The notes beneath the pieces were generated by a model. The model ran no database searches. It was given only the letters and a program-made list of their open reading frames with translations, and was not told where the DNA came from. A stretch of DNA of 64,000 nt from an uncultured Rhodopirellula sp. (GTDB taxonomy: Bacteria; Planctomycetota; Planctomycetia; Pirellulales; Pirellulaceae), in assembly GCA_964007735.1 (NCBI GenBank), contig CAXGAI010000020.1:1-64000 (forward strand), written 5' to 3'. Made by a program: the position numbers and the translations under genes. This document shows positions 47,979-57,556 of the stretch, one piece after another. Numbering within the stretch: position 1 is the first letter of the stretch; each line of letters begins with the position of its first letter.

Positions 47979-48689
47979 TTAATGCCTGTCTAGAAGCCGA
48001 TTTGCTTTACGAAAGATAGAATTAAACATCGATTCGGTGAGTCTACCTGTGAATGTGTTCTGTTGGCTGGGATGATAGCTTCCTAATAAAATGCGGCCGT
48101 CTGCAAAGTTAAATGAATGGCCGTGTCCGAATTTTGGGATAGGTCCCGAATAAACGTCAGTATCCTTCATGAAGTCGATCACGCCGCGCCAGGCTATCTG
48201 TCCGAAGGCCAGAAAAACCTTAATAGGTAGTTGGGCTACAAGCTGTTCAAACCATGGCTGGCAAGTTAAGACTTCGTCTCTGGTAGGCTTGTTCTGAGGT
48301 GGTGCACAGTGGCAGATATTAGTGATCGCACATCCGGTCAGTTGCAAACCGTCTTGAAGATGGGTCGATTTTTCTTGGTTTGCGAATCCAGCTTTGTACA
48401 ATGCTTTATACAGCCAGTCCCCACTACGGTCTCCAGTAAACATCCTTCCGGTGCGGTTAGCGCCGTGTGCTCCGGGCGCTAAGCCTACGAGTAACAACTC
48501 GGCATAAGGATCCCCGAAGTTTGAAACAGGGCCGCCCCAGTAGGTTTCATGGATGTAGGCCCGCCGTTTTACATGGGCCACTTCCCGGCAATAATCAATA
48601 AGGCGGGGACACTTCTGGCAGGCATCGATTTCCCGATTAAGTCGATTCCACCGTGGAGGCGTGCGTTTGCGTCGGACAGCTTTAGGCAT
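47979..48689 (-). CDS. Uracil-DNA glycosylase, family 5 (UdgB-like)
   Basis: C..CPRL, GLAPGAHGANRTGRMFTGDRSG, HCAPP.NKP, YHPSQQNT. Confidence 0.92.
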   Translation of the reverse strand: MPKAVRRKRTPPRWNRLNREIDACQKCPRLIDYCREVAHVKRRAYIHETYWGGPVSNFGDPYAELLLVGLAPGAHGANRTGRMFTGDRSGDWLYKALYKAGFANQEKSTHLQDGLQLTGCAITNICHCAPPQNKPTRDEVLTCQPWFEQLVAQLPIKVFLAFGQIAWRGVIDFMKDTDVYSGPIPKFGHGHSFNFADGRILLGSYHPSQQNTFTGRLTESMFNSIFRKANRLLDRH

Positions 48690-48702
48690 AGTATTAGGTC
48701 GA

Positions 48703-49110
48703 TTAACCTAACTCGATGCTACCGGCAAAACTCCGGTGGAAATGAACATGCTTCCAATTCCCATCGATTCTTTGCCAAATGCGGGTTTCTTCACAGCTGG
48801 CGACTGAGTCGCCCGACTCAGGTGAAGATTTTTGCGAAAGCCGAACAAAGGTAACGACAGCAGCATCATCTCCAAGCATGCGAACACGTGGGGAGCAGAT
48901 CGTCGATTGTTTGCTGGCACTGGACGCTTCACGCAACAGGTAGAATGCGTGAAACGGAAGCCCTTCAACCAGTTGTCCCATTGCCTCTGGCTCGAATGCG
49001 CTGAGATTAACGTCACATAATTCCGTGTAGGTTTCGTAATCGTTGGTGTCGATCGCTTCAAGTAGCTTCTCGTTGAGTATTAGTAGTTCGTCTTCAGGTG
49101 TTAATTCCAT
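48703..49110 (-). CDS. Stand-alone CaMKII association (hub) domain protein (NTF2/DUF4440-like)
   Basis: LLEAI..DYETY..LC, AFEPEA.GQLVEG..FH.FY, EETRIW...GNWKHVHFHRS. Confidence 0.88.
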   Translation of the reverse strand: MELTPEDELLILNEKLLEAIDTNDYETYTELCDVNLSAFEPEAMGQLVEGLPFHAFYLLREASSASKQSTICSPRVRMLGDDAAVVTFVRLSQKSSPESGDSVASCEETRIWQRIDGNWKHVHFHRSFAGSIELG

Positions 49111-49135
49111 GATTTATTTTCAGTTGTTGGTGAGT

Positions 49136-50461
49136 CTAAGTGGTAGGGGGTTGGTTCGGTGATAGATGCGATGGTTCAACCAGTTCGATCACGGCTGTTA
49201 CCTGGGGCGGGTTTAATTTTGACGGAATAACAACAAACGCAGTGCGATAAGCCATTACTAGTAATATGATGATACCGAGAAAACCTACAATGTTAGTGAT
49301 CGGACCGTTAGTCCTGTCTCCCATAATCTTCTTGCTGTTAGTCATCCACAAAAGCACCGCGGCGAGTAATGGATTTCCAATAACCGTAACAGCTTGAGCG
49401 AATACCACAACAGGAACCGTTTCGAAGTCCATTAAGACGACGGCCAAGGCAACCACCATCCCAGTAAGTAATACGAGAGTGGTAATTATCTTTGGGCCTT
49501 TCTCTCCAGCCGTTGCTCCTAATTTGAGACCGTCTGAAAGGATAAAGCCTGCTATCATTGAATTGACTAGAAAAGAGGAATAGGCTGCCGAAAACAACCC
49601 AATGCAAAACAGCATTTTCCCGGTTTGACCGAAAGCAGGCTCAAGACCTGCCGCAACATCTTCGACACTATTGAGAGTCTCTCCGACCAGTACGGTCCCG
49701 GCAGTAGCCATCAGCATAATGGTGAGAGTAGCCATGATCACCGATCCCACCCGAGCGTCAACGAGACCGTTTTTAAGCTCACTAATAGACCATCCCTTTT
49801 GCCGGGCCAGGTAACACTGAAAATAGGCTGCTGCGACGACGAACGTTGTACCGATCAAGCCGAGCGTATCCAGACTGATTTCGGCATCGAGAGGTAGAAA
49901 CCCTTTCGCTAGTGACCCGATATTTGGTTTTGCAGCCACTAAATTGATGGCAAAACAAAGAAGCATGAGTCCCACAAAAACCATCATGACTTTTTCGAGC
50001 GCTTTGTAGAAGTCTTTAAATGCAAACAAGAATGAAATCGACAGGGCATTGAAGCCAATGACGAGATAGATGGTAATGCCTTTGTCCAAATAGACATTAA
50101 AGGCAGATTGTACCCCTAGATTATTACCGAACTGGAATGCCGTGGAGATGCAAAAAACGCATAAGCCGACGATGATGGCGAGAGCCTTTCCTAAAGTCCC
50201 TCCGAGATGCTGGCGAATCAGATCCGCAGGAGAAGATTTCGCAACAACACCAATGCGAGCTCCCATGCTCATGAAGAACATCATAAAGATGCACGCAACG
50301 ACGACGATCCAGATCATGCTAAATTCATTGCCCGCACCGATCTTGTTGCTTGTGAGAATACTTCCGGGTCCGATGACGACACAGGCCGTGATAATACCTG
50401 GCCCGATGGCCTGATACCATTTACGCGATGGTGCTTCTTCCGTTGTTTCGTATTCTGACAT
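49136..50461 (-). CDS. NRAMP-related transporter with non-canonical TM1 motif
   Basis: IGPGIITA..IGPGS, FQFGN, GLIGTT, about 11 TMs; lacks DPGN. Confidence 0.82.
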   Translation of the reverse strand: MSEYETTEEAPSRKWYQAIGPGIITACVVIGPGSILTSNKIGAGNEFSMIWIVVVACIFMMFFMSMGARIGVVAKSSPADLIRQHLGGTLGKALAIIVGLCVFCISTAFQFGNNLGVQSAFNVYLDKGITIYLVIGFNALSISFLFAFKDFYKALEKVMMVFVGLMLLCFAINLVAAKPNIGSLAKGFLPLDAEISLDTLGLIGTTFVVAAAYFQCYLARQKGWSISELKNGLVDARVGSVIMATLTIMLMATAGTVLVGETLNSVEDVAAGLEPAFGQTGKMLFCIGLFSAAYSSFLVNSMIAGFILSDGLKLGATAGEKGPKIITTLVLLTGMVVALAVVLMDFETVPVVVFAQAVTVIGNPLLAAVLLWMTNSKKIMGDRTNGPITNIVGFLGIIILLVMAYRTAFVVIPSKLNPPQVTAVIELVEPSHLSPNQPPTT

Positions 50462-50518
50462 GACGGGCTGCTCCAGAAAGGATTTGCAAGTAATCCAATA
50501 TTGTAACGGATTGGTGAG

Positions 50519-51955
50519 TTAGGCGTTATCGAATTGTTCTACCACCCGGAGGACTTCCGCAATACAGTTGTTGATGTGCGTTGCATGCGTCCGGAAAGAG
50601 AGAACGCAAATTCGAATGGTGAATACATCGTCTAGATAGGTGGAGGAGAGAAGAAATCGCTTCGAGGAATTAAGTTCGGTCAGGAAATGCTGATTGAGCT
50701 CATTCAACTCGCCGTCAGACAGGTTGTTTGCTATAGGATTGTAGCGGAACGCAAAGGTTGACAGAGTCGGCGCGGCCAGTATCTCAATATTCTCCAGTCT
50801 GGAGATTTCCTGATATGCAAGGTTGCAAAGATCTAATTTCTCATCCAAATAGCTACCAAAGACAGGGGATCCAAACAGTTTAAATGGCAGCCAGATACGA
50901 AGGCCACGAAAATCGCGTGACAACTCAGGGGACAAACCGCAAAAATCAACGTGATGGTCATGGTCCTGAAAAGGAGGCAGGTATTTCGCGGATACCTTAT
51001 GAGCCGACTCTAAATTTGATACATCCTTTACCAGTAAGCATCCGGTCCCATAGGGAAGGAAGAGTCCCTTGTGAGGGTCTAGTGTAATCGAATCTGATAA
51101 CGCTAAACCATGCAGGATTTGCTTCCCTCGTTCGGTGAACATGAAAAATCCGCCATAAGCCGCATCTGTATGTAGCCACATTTCTGATTGTTTACAGATT
51201 CGGGAGATTTCTACGAGCGGATCCACTGTTCCGGTATTAGTGGTACCGGCATTAGCAACAACTAAGAACGGTCTTAGGCCTTTGTTTCGATCTTCCTCAA
51301 TCAACTCTTCGAGGTGTGGGACCGAAAGAGCTAGATTGACAGTATCGACTTGACGGATGTTTTGCTCAGGAAATCCTGCGAGAACCGCTGCTTTGGTCAC
51401 GCTGTGGTGTGCCTGAGAGGTTGTGTAAATGGTTCCGCTAAGAAAATTGTCGTCTAGAAGTGTACGTCGGGCGGTCACAATGGCAGACCAGTTCGCCATA
51501 GAACCGCCGGTTGTAAGGTACCCGCCACTTCCATGAGGGTACCCAACCAAACTGGTAAACCATTCGACCACATCAGCCTCAATATTGGCAAAGCCAGGTG
51601 CAACCTGCCACAGGGTTATGAATTTATTGAGAATGCCGCTAATTAGATCTGCAATGGCAGCGTGAGGCAGTCCACCTCCCGGGACATAGGCCAGGTAGCC
51701 TCCACAGGACGGATTGTAGCTGGGATTAACCCGTTGATTGAACAGGTCATCAAGCACGTCTTCCAGAGGGAGACCGCGTTCAGGTATCTTTTCACGCGGG
51801 GTAATTCCTGCTGCGGATGGATCAGGTAAAGCCCATGCTGGTTGTTGATCAAGTGTAGTGATGTGTTGACCAAGGTACTCCAGCGTCATTTCGATATCCT
51901 GACGCAATTGGTCGGCAGTCAATTCCAGTGGTGAATTATCGTCAGAGATTTGCAT
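50519..51955 (-). CDS. Group II PLP-dependent decarboxylase (aromatic amino acid/glutamate decarboxylase family)
   Basis: TGGSMAN, AHHSVTKA, AGTTNTG.VD, HTDAAYGG, DSITLDPHKG. Start chosen at ATG 51955. Confidence 0.9.
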   Translation of the reverse strand: MQISDDNSPLELTADQLRQDIEMTLEYLGQHITTLDQQPAWALPDPSAAGITPREKIPERGLPLEDVLDDLFNQRVNPSYNPSCGGYLAYVPGGGLPHAAIADLISGILNKFITLWQVAPGFANIEADVVEWFTSLVGYPHGSGGYLTTGGSMANWSAIVTARRTLLDDNFLSGTIYTTSQAHHSVTKAAVLAGFPEQNIRQVDTVNLALSVPHLEELIEEDRNKGLRPFLVVANAGTTNTGTVDPLVEISRICKQSEMWLHTDAAYGGFFMFTERGKQILHGLALSDSITLDPHKGLFLPYGTGCLLVKDVSNLESAHKVSAKYLPPFQDHDHHVDFCGLSPELSRDFRGLRIWLPFKLFGSPVFGSYLDEKLDLCNLAYQEISRLENIEILAAPTLSTFAFRYNPIANNLSDGELNELNQHFLTELNSSKRFLLSSTYLDDVFTIRICVLSFRTHATHINNCIAEVLRVVEQFDNA

Positions 51956-52019
51956 GTCAGGGTCCGATGGTAACTTAAAGTCCTGCTTTATATGGTAAAA
52001 CAAGAGGCAGGAAGAGGAA

Positions 52020-52829
52020 GTGATGCTTAATACCGGAATCGTTAGTAATTGCTGGAATTTCTATTTGCAAAATGGTGTGGGCCTGCGCGATTTGATAGGC
52101 CATGCGGCTGATTTAGAGATGCGAGATATTGAATTGCGCCAGGGTTCTTTAGGAGATTTAGAGCCGACACATCATAATCCGCACCTTGATGAATGGAAGG
52201 CCATTGCTCAGGCCCATCACAACTGCCGTTTTGATTATGCGATGAGTTTCCCATTCTTTGCCGGCCCATTCGATAGTAGTGCCTGTGATCTGCAGTTAGG
52301 TAGGGATGTGGCGCTTGCCTGCGGAAATGGCGATGCGCATTTGCGATTGGTAGACGTTATCAGCGATAACGATACGGCAGAGATGAATTTTGCAGCGACG
52401 GTTGAGAGTCTCGCTCAGGTGGCAGACGATCTTGACGAACAGGGAATTCGACTTACGATTGAACATTCTTTTCAAACATGGGATTTCTTCTGGCCGCTTT
52501 TTCAGGAGGTGCGCGAGAAAAGCCTTAGCGGCAATGTCTGGCTTTGTTTTGATCCGGCAAACTTTTCGTTAGCCCGTGAGGTGTCGCGGATTATGGAAAT
52601 TGTTGTCGCGATTGATAAGGCTTACATCTCGATGCTACACGTAAAGCAGGCAAACAACGGGGTGATTGAGACGGAACTCTGTGATGGAGATGTTCCCTGG
52701 GCAGAGGTGGTACAAGAGCTCTTAAAGTCAGGATATAACGGGCCGATGATGTTTGAATTCACGTCGTCACCGGAAGTGGAACGCGTAACCGCCGAAGCGC
52801 TCTATAAATGGCGAACGTGGTTGCAGTGA
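52020..52829 (+). CDS. Sugar phosphate isomerase/epimerase (xylose isomerase-like TIM barrel)
   Basis: TIEH, FDPAN, LHVK, G.VPW, GY.G...FE metal-ligand pattern. Confidence 0.8.
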   Translation: MMLNTGIVSNCWNFYLQNGVGLRDLIGHAADLEMRDIELRQGSLGDLEPTHHNPHLDEWKAIAQAHHNCRFDYAMSFPFFAGPFDSSACDLQLGRDVALACGNGDAHLRLVDVISDNDTAEMNFAATVESLAQVADDLDEQGIRLTIEHSFQTWDFFWPLFQEVREKSLSGNVWLCFDPANFSLAREVSRIMEIVVAIDKAYISMLHVKQANNGVIETELCDGDVPWAEVVQELLKSGYNGPMMFEFTSSPEVERVTAEALYKWRTWLQ

Positions 52830-52848
52830 TAAAAAGGGGATTTGAGCT

Positions 52849-53553
52849 ATGAGTCCGGCGTTGATTGCGGAAAATATCGCGAAAGTGAGAGAGACCATTG
52901 TTGAGTGTGCCGAGAAGTCGGGACGGCTGTCGACGGATATTACATTGGTTGGGGTATGTAAGTATTTCGGTGACGAGGTGACGCGAATGGTCGCAGAAGC
53001 TGGTTTGTTTGATCTTGGCGAAAACCGTCCTCAGCAGTTGTGGAATAAGGCGTCATCACTCGATGCTCTACCAATTCGGTGGCATCAGATCGGACATTTG
53101 CAACGCAATAAGGTTCGTCGTTCGCTGCCTTTCATACATTTGTTCCATGCGGGTGACAGTATGCGTTTATTGGTCGAAATAAATAAAGAGGCAGACCGAG
53201 TGCAAGCAGTGCAAGATGTGCTATTGGAAGTAAATGTGTCCGGTGAAGAAGCAAAACACGGGTTTATGCCCGATGAAATGGACGCAGTACTCGAGGAATG
53301 TGCGGGTTTATCCTCGCTTCGTGTTCGCGGGTTAATGGCAATGGCAGGGTTGCATTCGGGATTGGATGGTGCTGCCGCTGAATTCGAATCGTTGCGTTCA
53401 CTTAAGGAACGTCTGGAAAGGTCAAAACCTGATAATGTGGAGCTAGGCGAGCTATCGATGGGGATGAGCCGAGACTATCATATAGCCATTGAGCATGGAG
53501 CTACGATCGTCCGGGTGGGTAGTAGTTTGTTCGAAGGAATCCCACGTACATAG
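52849..53553 (+). CDS. yggS: YggS/PLPBP PLP homeostasis protein
   Basis: GVCK, GENRPQ, WHQIGHLQRNK, LSMGMS.D, GAT.VRVGS. Confidence 0.95.
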   Translation: MSPALIAENIAKVRETIVECAEKSGRLSTDITLVGVCKYFGDEVTRMVAEAGLFDLGENRPQQLWNKASSLDALPIRWHQIGHLQRNKVRRSLPFIHLFHAGDSMRLLVEINKEADRVQAVQDVLLEVNVSGEEAKHGFMPDEMDAVLEECAGLSSLRVRGLMAMAGLHSGLDGAAAEFESLRSLKERLERSKPDNVELGELSMGMSRDYHIAIEHGATIVRVGSSLFEGIPRT

Positions 53554-53633
53554 CCCCCCATGTCGATTGCGTCCTATTTATAGCAAGTCAACTATGTTAG
53601 TGCAGAAACTCGAAGTCATTTAAGCAGGGAACG

Positions 53634-55220
53634 ATGGACGGAATGTATGAACTGCTACTGAAATTCCCGAAGGCACTGCATTGGGGATTGCCGGCTTACC
53701 TTCTTGAACAAGGCGATTCAAAACGGAGCTGGGAAGAAAATTCAGAAAGGCAGGATTGTTCGGCTAGTGCTGTATTAGGTGCCTTAGAAGCTGCCTATGA
53801 TCTAAACACTTGCCCTAAGAGTGATAAGTCGAGGGAAAAGCGGATCACAGGACTCGCTGCTTACGCAGAAGTAGTGATCAACAGGCATGAACTACACAAC
53901 AATCCATGGAACGTATTAATTGCGGGAGCTGAGATCCCAGCAGTTCTTGCAGAACTTAGCCCGAATAATAAAGAGGTTCGTAAACTGTTAAAAGGGGCCG
54001 GTCCGCTACTCGCTGAATCAGCGAATTTACTGTTTGATGAAGAGGGTGTCATTGGTTCGCGGCATTTTCCTCAGTATGCGGCAATCGTAGCGACATGGAC
54101 CAGATGTTTTGCCGCTTCGAGACGAAAACAAATCAATCTCAAATTAAAGAAAGGCTTCATCGCTACCTTTGAATGGACCGCTCGCCATCTATTGCTTTGC
54201 TCGAATGGTAAACGCGCGATTAGTGATTTGGCTGGCGGAGGCGAAATCAAGCTAGCGAAACCCTTCGTGGCCTTATTGTTAAAACTGGGCGGAGATCTCT
54301 CTGATAAGCGACTTGCGTCCCATATGGGCTATACGCAACGAAAATTCCCAAATCCCATTGCTCATCATCACTTGCCAGACGCCACGATCCATTCGGCCGA
54401 CTCGCAAATTGGGGTGATGCGATCTGGTTGGGAGTCAAATCGCTGTGAACTCTATATTCGGCATGAACAGAAGGACGTATACGTTGACCTTGTATCTGCT
54501 GGAACTCTGGTATTCCGGGGCAACCTCGCAACTAATCTGGTCGTTGACGGAACGCAGTTGACACCTCTCGGAGCATGGGAAGAAGTTTGCTGGGAAAGCG
54601 ATGATGATGTTGAATATTTAGAGTTGGAAATCCGTTTTTCCGGCGGTTGGAAACTGCAAAAACAATTTCTACTCGCCAAACAAGACCAGCTTGTTTTGGT
54701 TGGCGATGTTGTTCTCGGAGACGGCTGCCGGGGTACGATTCAACTCCAACAGTCCTATCGATTTGGTGAAGGGGTCAGCTTTCATTCGTCGGAAGAACAC
54801 TCGGAAGGGTTTTTGTGGGGCAAAGATCCTATCGGAATGGTGTTGCCACTAGCGTTGCCGGAATGGCGAGTGGGGAGTCGGTGCGGCAGTCTTACTGAAC
54901 AGGATGGTTTACTCAGCTATAAAGTGACGGCAAAAGATTCTGCAGGCCTTTATGCTCCTCTGCTGCTGGTTTTATCCCGCAATAAAGTGACAAAGAATTA
55001 TACTTGGCGACAGCTCACCGTTGCCGAAGAATTAAATATACAGCCAGCGGACGTTGCGAGGGGCTATCGAATTCAGATTGGTAAGAAGCAGTGGCTCTTA
55101 TATCGTTCGATGACGGAGTTTGGCAACCGAACGCTACTTGGGCAAAACTATTCGTCTGAATTTGCATTCGGCGAATTTCTGGACGACGGCACGGTATACG
55201 AGTACGTAGAGATTGAATAG
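53634..55220 (+). CDS. Conserved hypothetical protein (possible heparinase II/III-like architecture)
   Basis: 528-aa ORF; helical N-half, beta-rich C-half starting near MRSGW. Confidence 0.7.
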   Translation: MDGMYELLLKFPKALHWGLPAYLLEQGDSKRSWEENSERQDCSASAVLGALEAAYDLNTCPKSDKSREKRITGLAAYAEVVINRHELHNNPWNVLIAGAEIPAVLAELSPNNKEVRKLLKGAGPLLAESANLLFDEEGVIGSRHFPQYAAIVATWTRCFAASRRKQINLKLKKGFIATFEWTARHLLLCSNGKRAISDLAGGGEIKLAKPFVALLLKLGGDLSDKRLASHMGYTQRKFPNPIAHHHLPDATIHSADSQIGVMRSGWESNRCELYIRHEQKDVYVDLVSAGTLVFRGNLATNLVVDGTQLTPLGAWEEVCWESDDDVEYLELEIRFSGGWKLQKQFLLAKQDQLVLVGDVVLGDGCRGTIQLQQSYRFGEGVSFHSSEEHSEGFLWGKDPIGMVLPLALPEWRVGSRCGSLTEQDGLLSYKVTAKDSAGLYAPLLLVLSRNKVTKNYTWRQLTVAEELNIQPADVARGYRIQIGKKQWLLYRSMTEFGNRTLLGQNYSSEFAFGEFLDDGTVYEYVEIE

Positions 55221-55248
55221 GTGTCAAATGATAACGAGGTTTGTTGTT

Positions 55249-56133
55249 ATGAACAGAGTCTATATTCTTGCTTTGTTGGGTTTATCACTTCTGACATTTC
55301 CTGCGGTGGCTCAAAACGTAGCCACTGACGGTAATGCGGTGACGAAGAGTCCGGAAAAAAGGCAGTTTAAGGCTCTGGGAAAAGGGGCTTCGGTTCTTTC
55401 TTTATTACCCGATGGAGGTTTATGGGTCGACCTTAACCGAAAATGGGTCGTTGCGGATGGCGAAGTTTGTTTGACAGCAGGGCCGCTTGAAATGTTCGCA
55501 TGTCCAACGGGAACGAAGGAACATGAATCGGTCATTGCCGTCAAATCGTCGGCGCGGTTTGTGCATGCTGCGCTCCTGGCAATTGGGGCAAAAACCGGTG
55601 AGCCTGTGAAATTTGACCCCGAGTACATACCGGCAAGCGGTTCGGTGATTGATGTGATTTGTGTCTGGAAAGATAGCGAGGGTAAGGTACAAACGGCGCT
55701 CGCCCAGGATTGGGTAACGAAGGGACGCAGCAAGAAAACACTCGATCATGCGTGGGTGTTTGCCGGTAGCGGCTTCTGGAAAGATTCATCGACAGGTGAA
55801 AGACGTTATTATGCGGATGATGGCGCCATGATTTGCGTCTCCAACTTCCCGACGGCAACGATGGATATTGCTGTCGAAAGTACAAAAGATAATAACTTTT
55901 TGGAGTATCATGCCAATTCGGCGAGATTGCCTGAAGTAAGGACTCCGGTACGTTTGATCATGGTAAAGCGGCCGGGAAGGATGACCAAGAAAACACCGCG
56001 CCGGCTCGACTCAAATGCTGAAATTTTGACCCACGTTAAACAATGGGCTCAGGCCATTGAAACGGGAAAGCAACCACCAAAACTCCCCTCGTCTGACGAC
56101 ACCCCAGCTGGCACTGAAGCATCGGATGAGTGA
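55249..56133 (+). CDS. Secreted YdjY-domain protein
   Basis: Signal peptide, LEMFAC..GTKEHES, HAALLAIG, WVFAGS, ICVSNF. ATG 55249 after GAGGT. Confidence 0.78.
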   Translation: MNRVYILALLGLSLLTFPAVAQNVATDGNAVTKSPEKRQFKALGKGASVLSLLPDGGLWVDLNRKWVVADGEVCLTAGPLEMFACPTGTKEHESVIAVKSSARFVHAALLAIGAKTGEPVKFDPEYIPASGSVIDVICVWKDSEGKVQTALAQDWVTKGRSKKTLDHAWVFAGSGFWKDSSTGERRYYADDGAMICVSNFPTATMDIAVESTKDNNFLEYHANSARLPEVRTPVRLIMVKRPGRMTKKTPRRLDSNAEILTHVKQWAQAIETGKQPPKLPSSDDTPAGTEASDE

Positions 56134-56156
56134 TCTTGGATAGTTGGTTTGTACGG

Positions 56157-56993
56157 CTAGATTCCGCAGTGCGTTAACACTTCCTCCGCGGACGCAATAT
56201 AGCTGGTATAAAAAGGACCGAATTCAGCGTACTTAGCACTCGCTTCGTCAAAACGCATAAGGTAAACGATATCTTTTAGATATTCAGGATTTCGTGCCCA
56301 AAGTGTTACGCCCCATTCCCAATCGTCGAGTCCAACGGACGTGGTGATAAGTTGTTGTACTTTACCTGCGAAGGCCATTCCGCTGCGGGCATGGTCCGCC
56401 ATCAGCTTATTGCGTTCTGAGTGGTCCATCATGAACCAATTTGCGTGCGGGATACGGATTTTATTCATTGGATAGAAGCAGGTGGCCGGCCAGACCGGAA
56501 AATCCGGCGTCAGACGCTGTTTACGCATGATGGGCTCACGCTGCTTGTATGCATTGAGCTTCGCTTCGTAAGTTGGGCTGTCCAGTTCTTCACCATCTTC
56601 GACTAATCGAGCGGCATATTGCTCGATCGTCGGCACGTATTCAGAGATCTCAGTGACGGAAACGAAGCTGTAGGTGGTTGTCAGAGTTGCCCCAAGTTTG
56701 GTATTAAGCAGTTTTTGGTGAGCACGATCTATCGTGAGTGGATTGGGATCCATAATCATCAGGCCGAAGTCTGCTTTATGGCCGGAAACAATGCTTATTT
56801 GTAACCGCTCAGGGCCGTCCTCGTTCTTCGCCAGCACATCGCAGAACTGTTCTTTGGCTAAGGTTAGCTCGTCGCTTGAAAACTGTTGAAGTGCTACACG
56901 ATCGAAAGAATAGTAAAAATGAGAACAGTGCCAACCCTCCTGAGGGATGACAGATGGTTCAGGGAGATTTTGTGTATGAGGTGGGCGATTCAT
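56157..56993 (-). CDS. hemQ: Coproheme decarboxylase ChdC/HemQ (chlorite dismutase-like family)
   Basis: GHKAD, FYPMNK, NWF, LMADH, GLDDWEWGVTL, MRFDEASAKYAEFGPFY. Confidence 0.88.
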   Translation of the reverse strand: MNRPPHTQNLPEPSVIPQEGWHCSHFYYSFDRVALQQFSSDELTLAKEQFCDVLAKNEDGPERLQISIVSGHKADFGLMIMDPNPLTIDRAHQKLLNTKLGATLTTTYSFVSVTEISEYVPTIEQYAARLVEDGEELDSPTYEAKLNAYKQREPIMRKQRLTPDFPVWPATCFYPMNKIRIPHANWFMMDHSERNKLMADHARSGMAFAGKVQQLITTSVGLDDWEWGVTLWARNPEYLKDIVYLMRFDEASAKYAEFGPFYTSYIASAEEVLTHCGI

Positions 56994-57037
56994 GGTGAAG
57001 AGTCTATCTCAGTGAGTGAATGGTTACGAAAAAATGG

Positions 57038-57412
57038 TTAAGAAAGTAATTCGTGGACTCTCGCGACAAGAGCGTCAATTGCGACAGGCTTGTGCAGATA
57101 ATCAGCGACACCAAGCAGTTCGGCGTAGGATTGGTGACGATTGCCTTCATTCGCGGTCATCATAATGATATGGATGGGCTCCGTGTATTCTTCTCGTAAT
57201 GATTCAATCACGAGAAAACCGCTCCGTTTAGGCATCATCATGTCGAGGATCACAAGATCAGGTTTATTCGCCTTCGCCAGCGCGAGTCCATCTTCTCCAT
57301 TGTTGGCGTTTAGCACGTTATAGCCGGCCTGCTCAATAGCGTAGCTAACCGATGCTAAAATGTCCGCATCGTCATCTACTAGCAGCACGGTTTTCTTTAC
57401 CGGTTCATTCAA
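57038..57412 (-). CDS. Single-domain response regulator receiver
   Basis: LLVDDD, PDLVILDMMMP, MMTA, YLHKP. TTG 57412 after AGGAGG (ORF track 57436). Confidence 0.9.
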   Translation of the reverse strand: MNEPVKKTVLLVDDDADILASVSYAIEQAGYNVLNANNGEDGLALAKANKPDLVILDMMMPKRSGFLVIESLREEYTEPIHIIMMTANEGNRHQSYAELLGVADYLHKPVAIDALVARVHELLS

Positions 57413-57494
57413 TTTACAGGGCCCTCCTTTCAACAAGCTATTAGAACTTTACCACACAATTTTAGGGAGGCAAGCGGCGCGGCATTGGGGCAAT

Positions 57495-57530
57495 AAAAAA
57501 CGCCGCTCATCCCAGTGGGAAAAACGGCGT
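57495..57530 (-). terminator. Putative intrinsic terminator
   Basis: Minus strand ACGCCG...TCCCACTGGGA...CGGCGTTTTTT. Confidence 0.6.
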
Positions 57531-57556
57531 AACTTTTAGCACTAAATAGGTGACAA

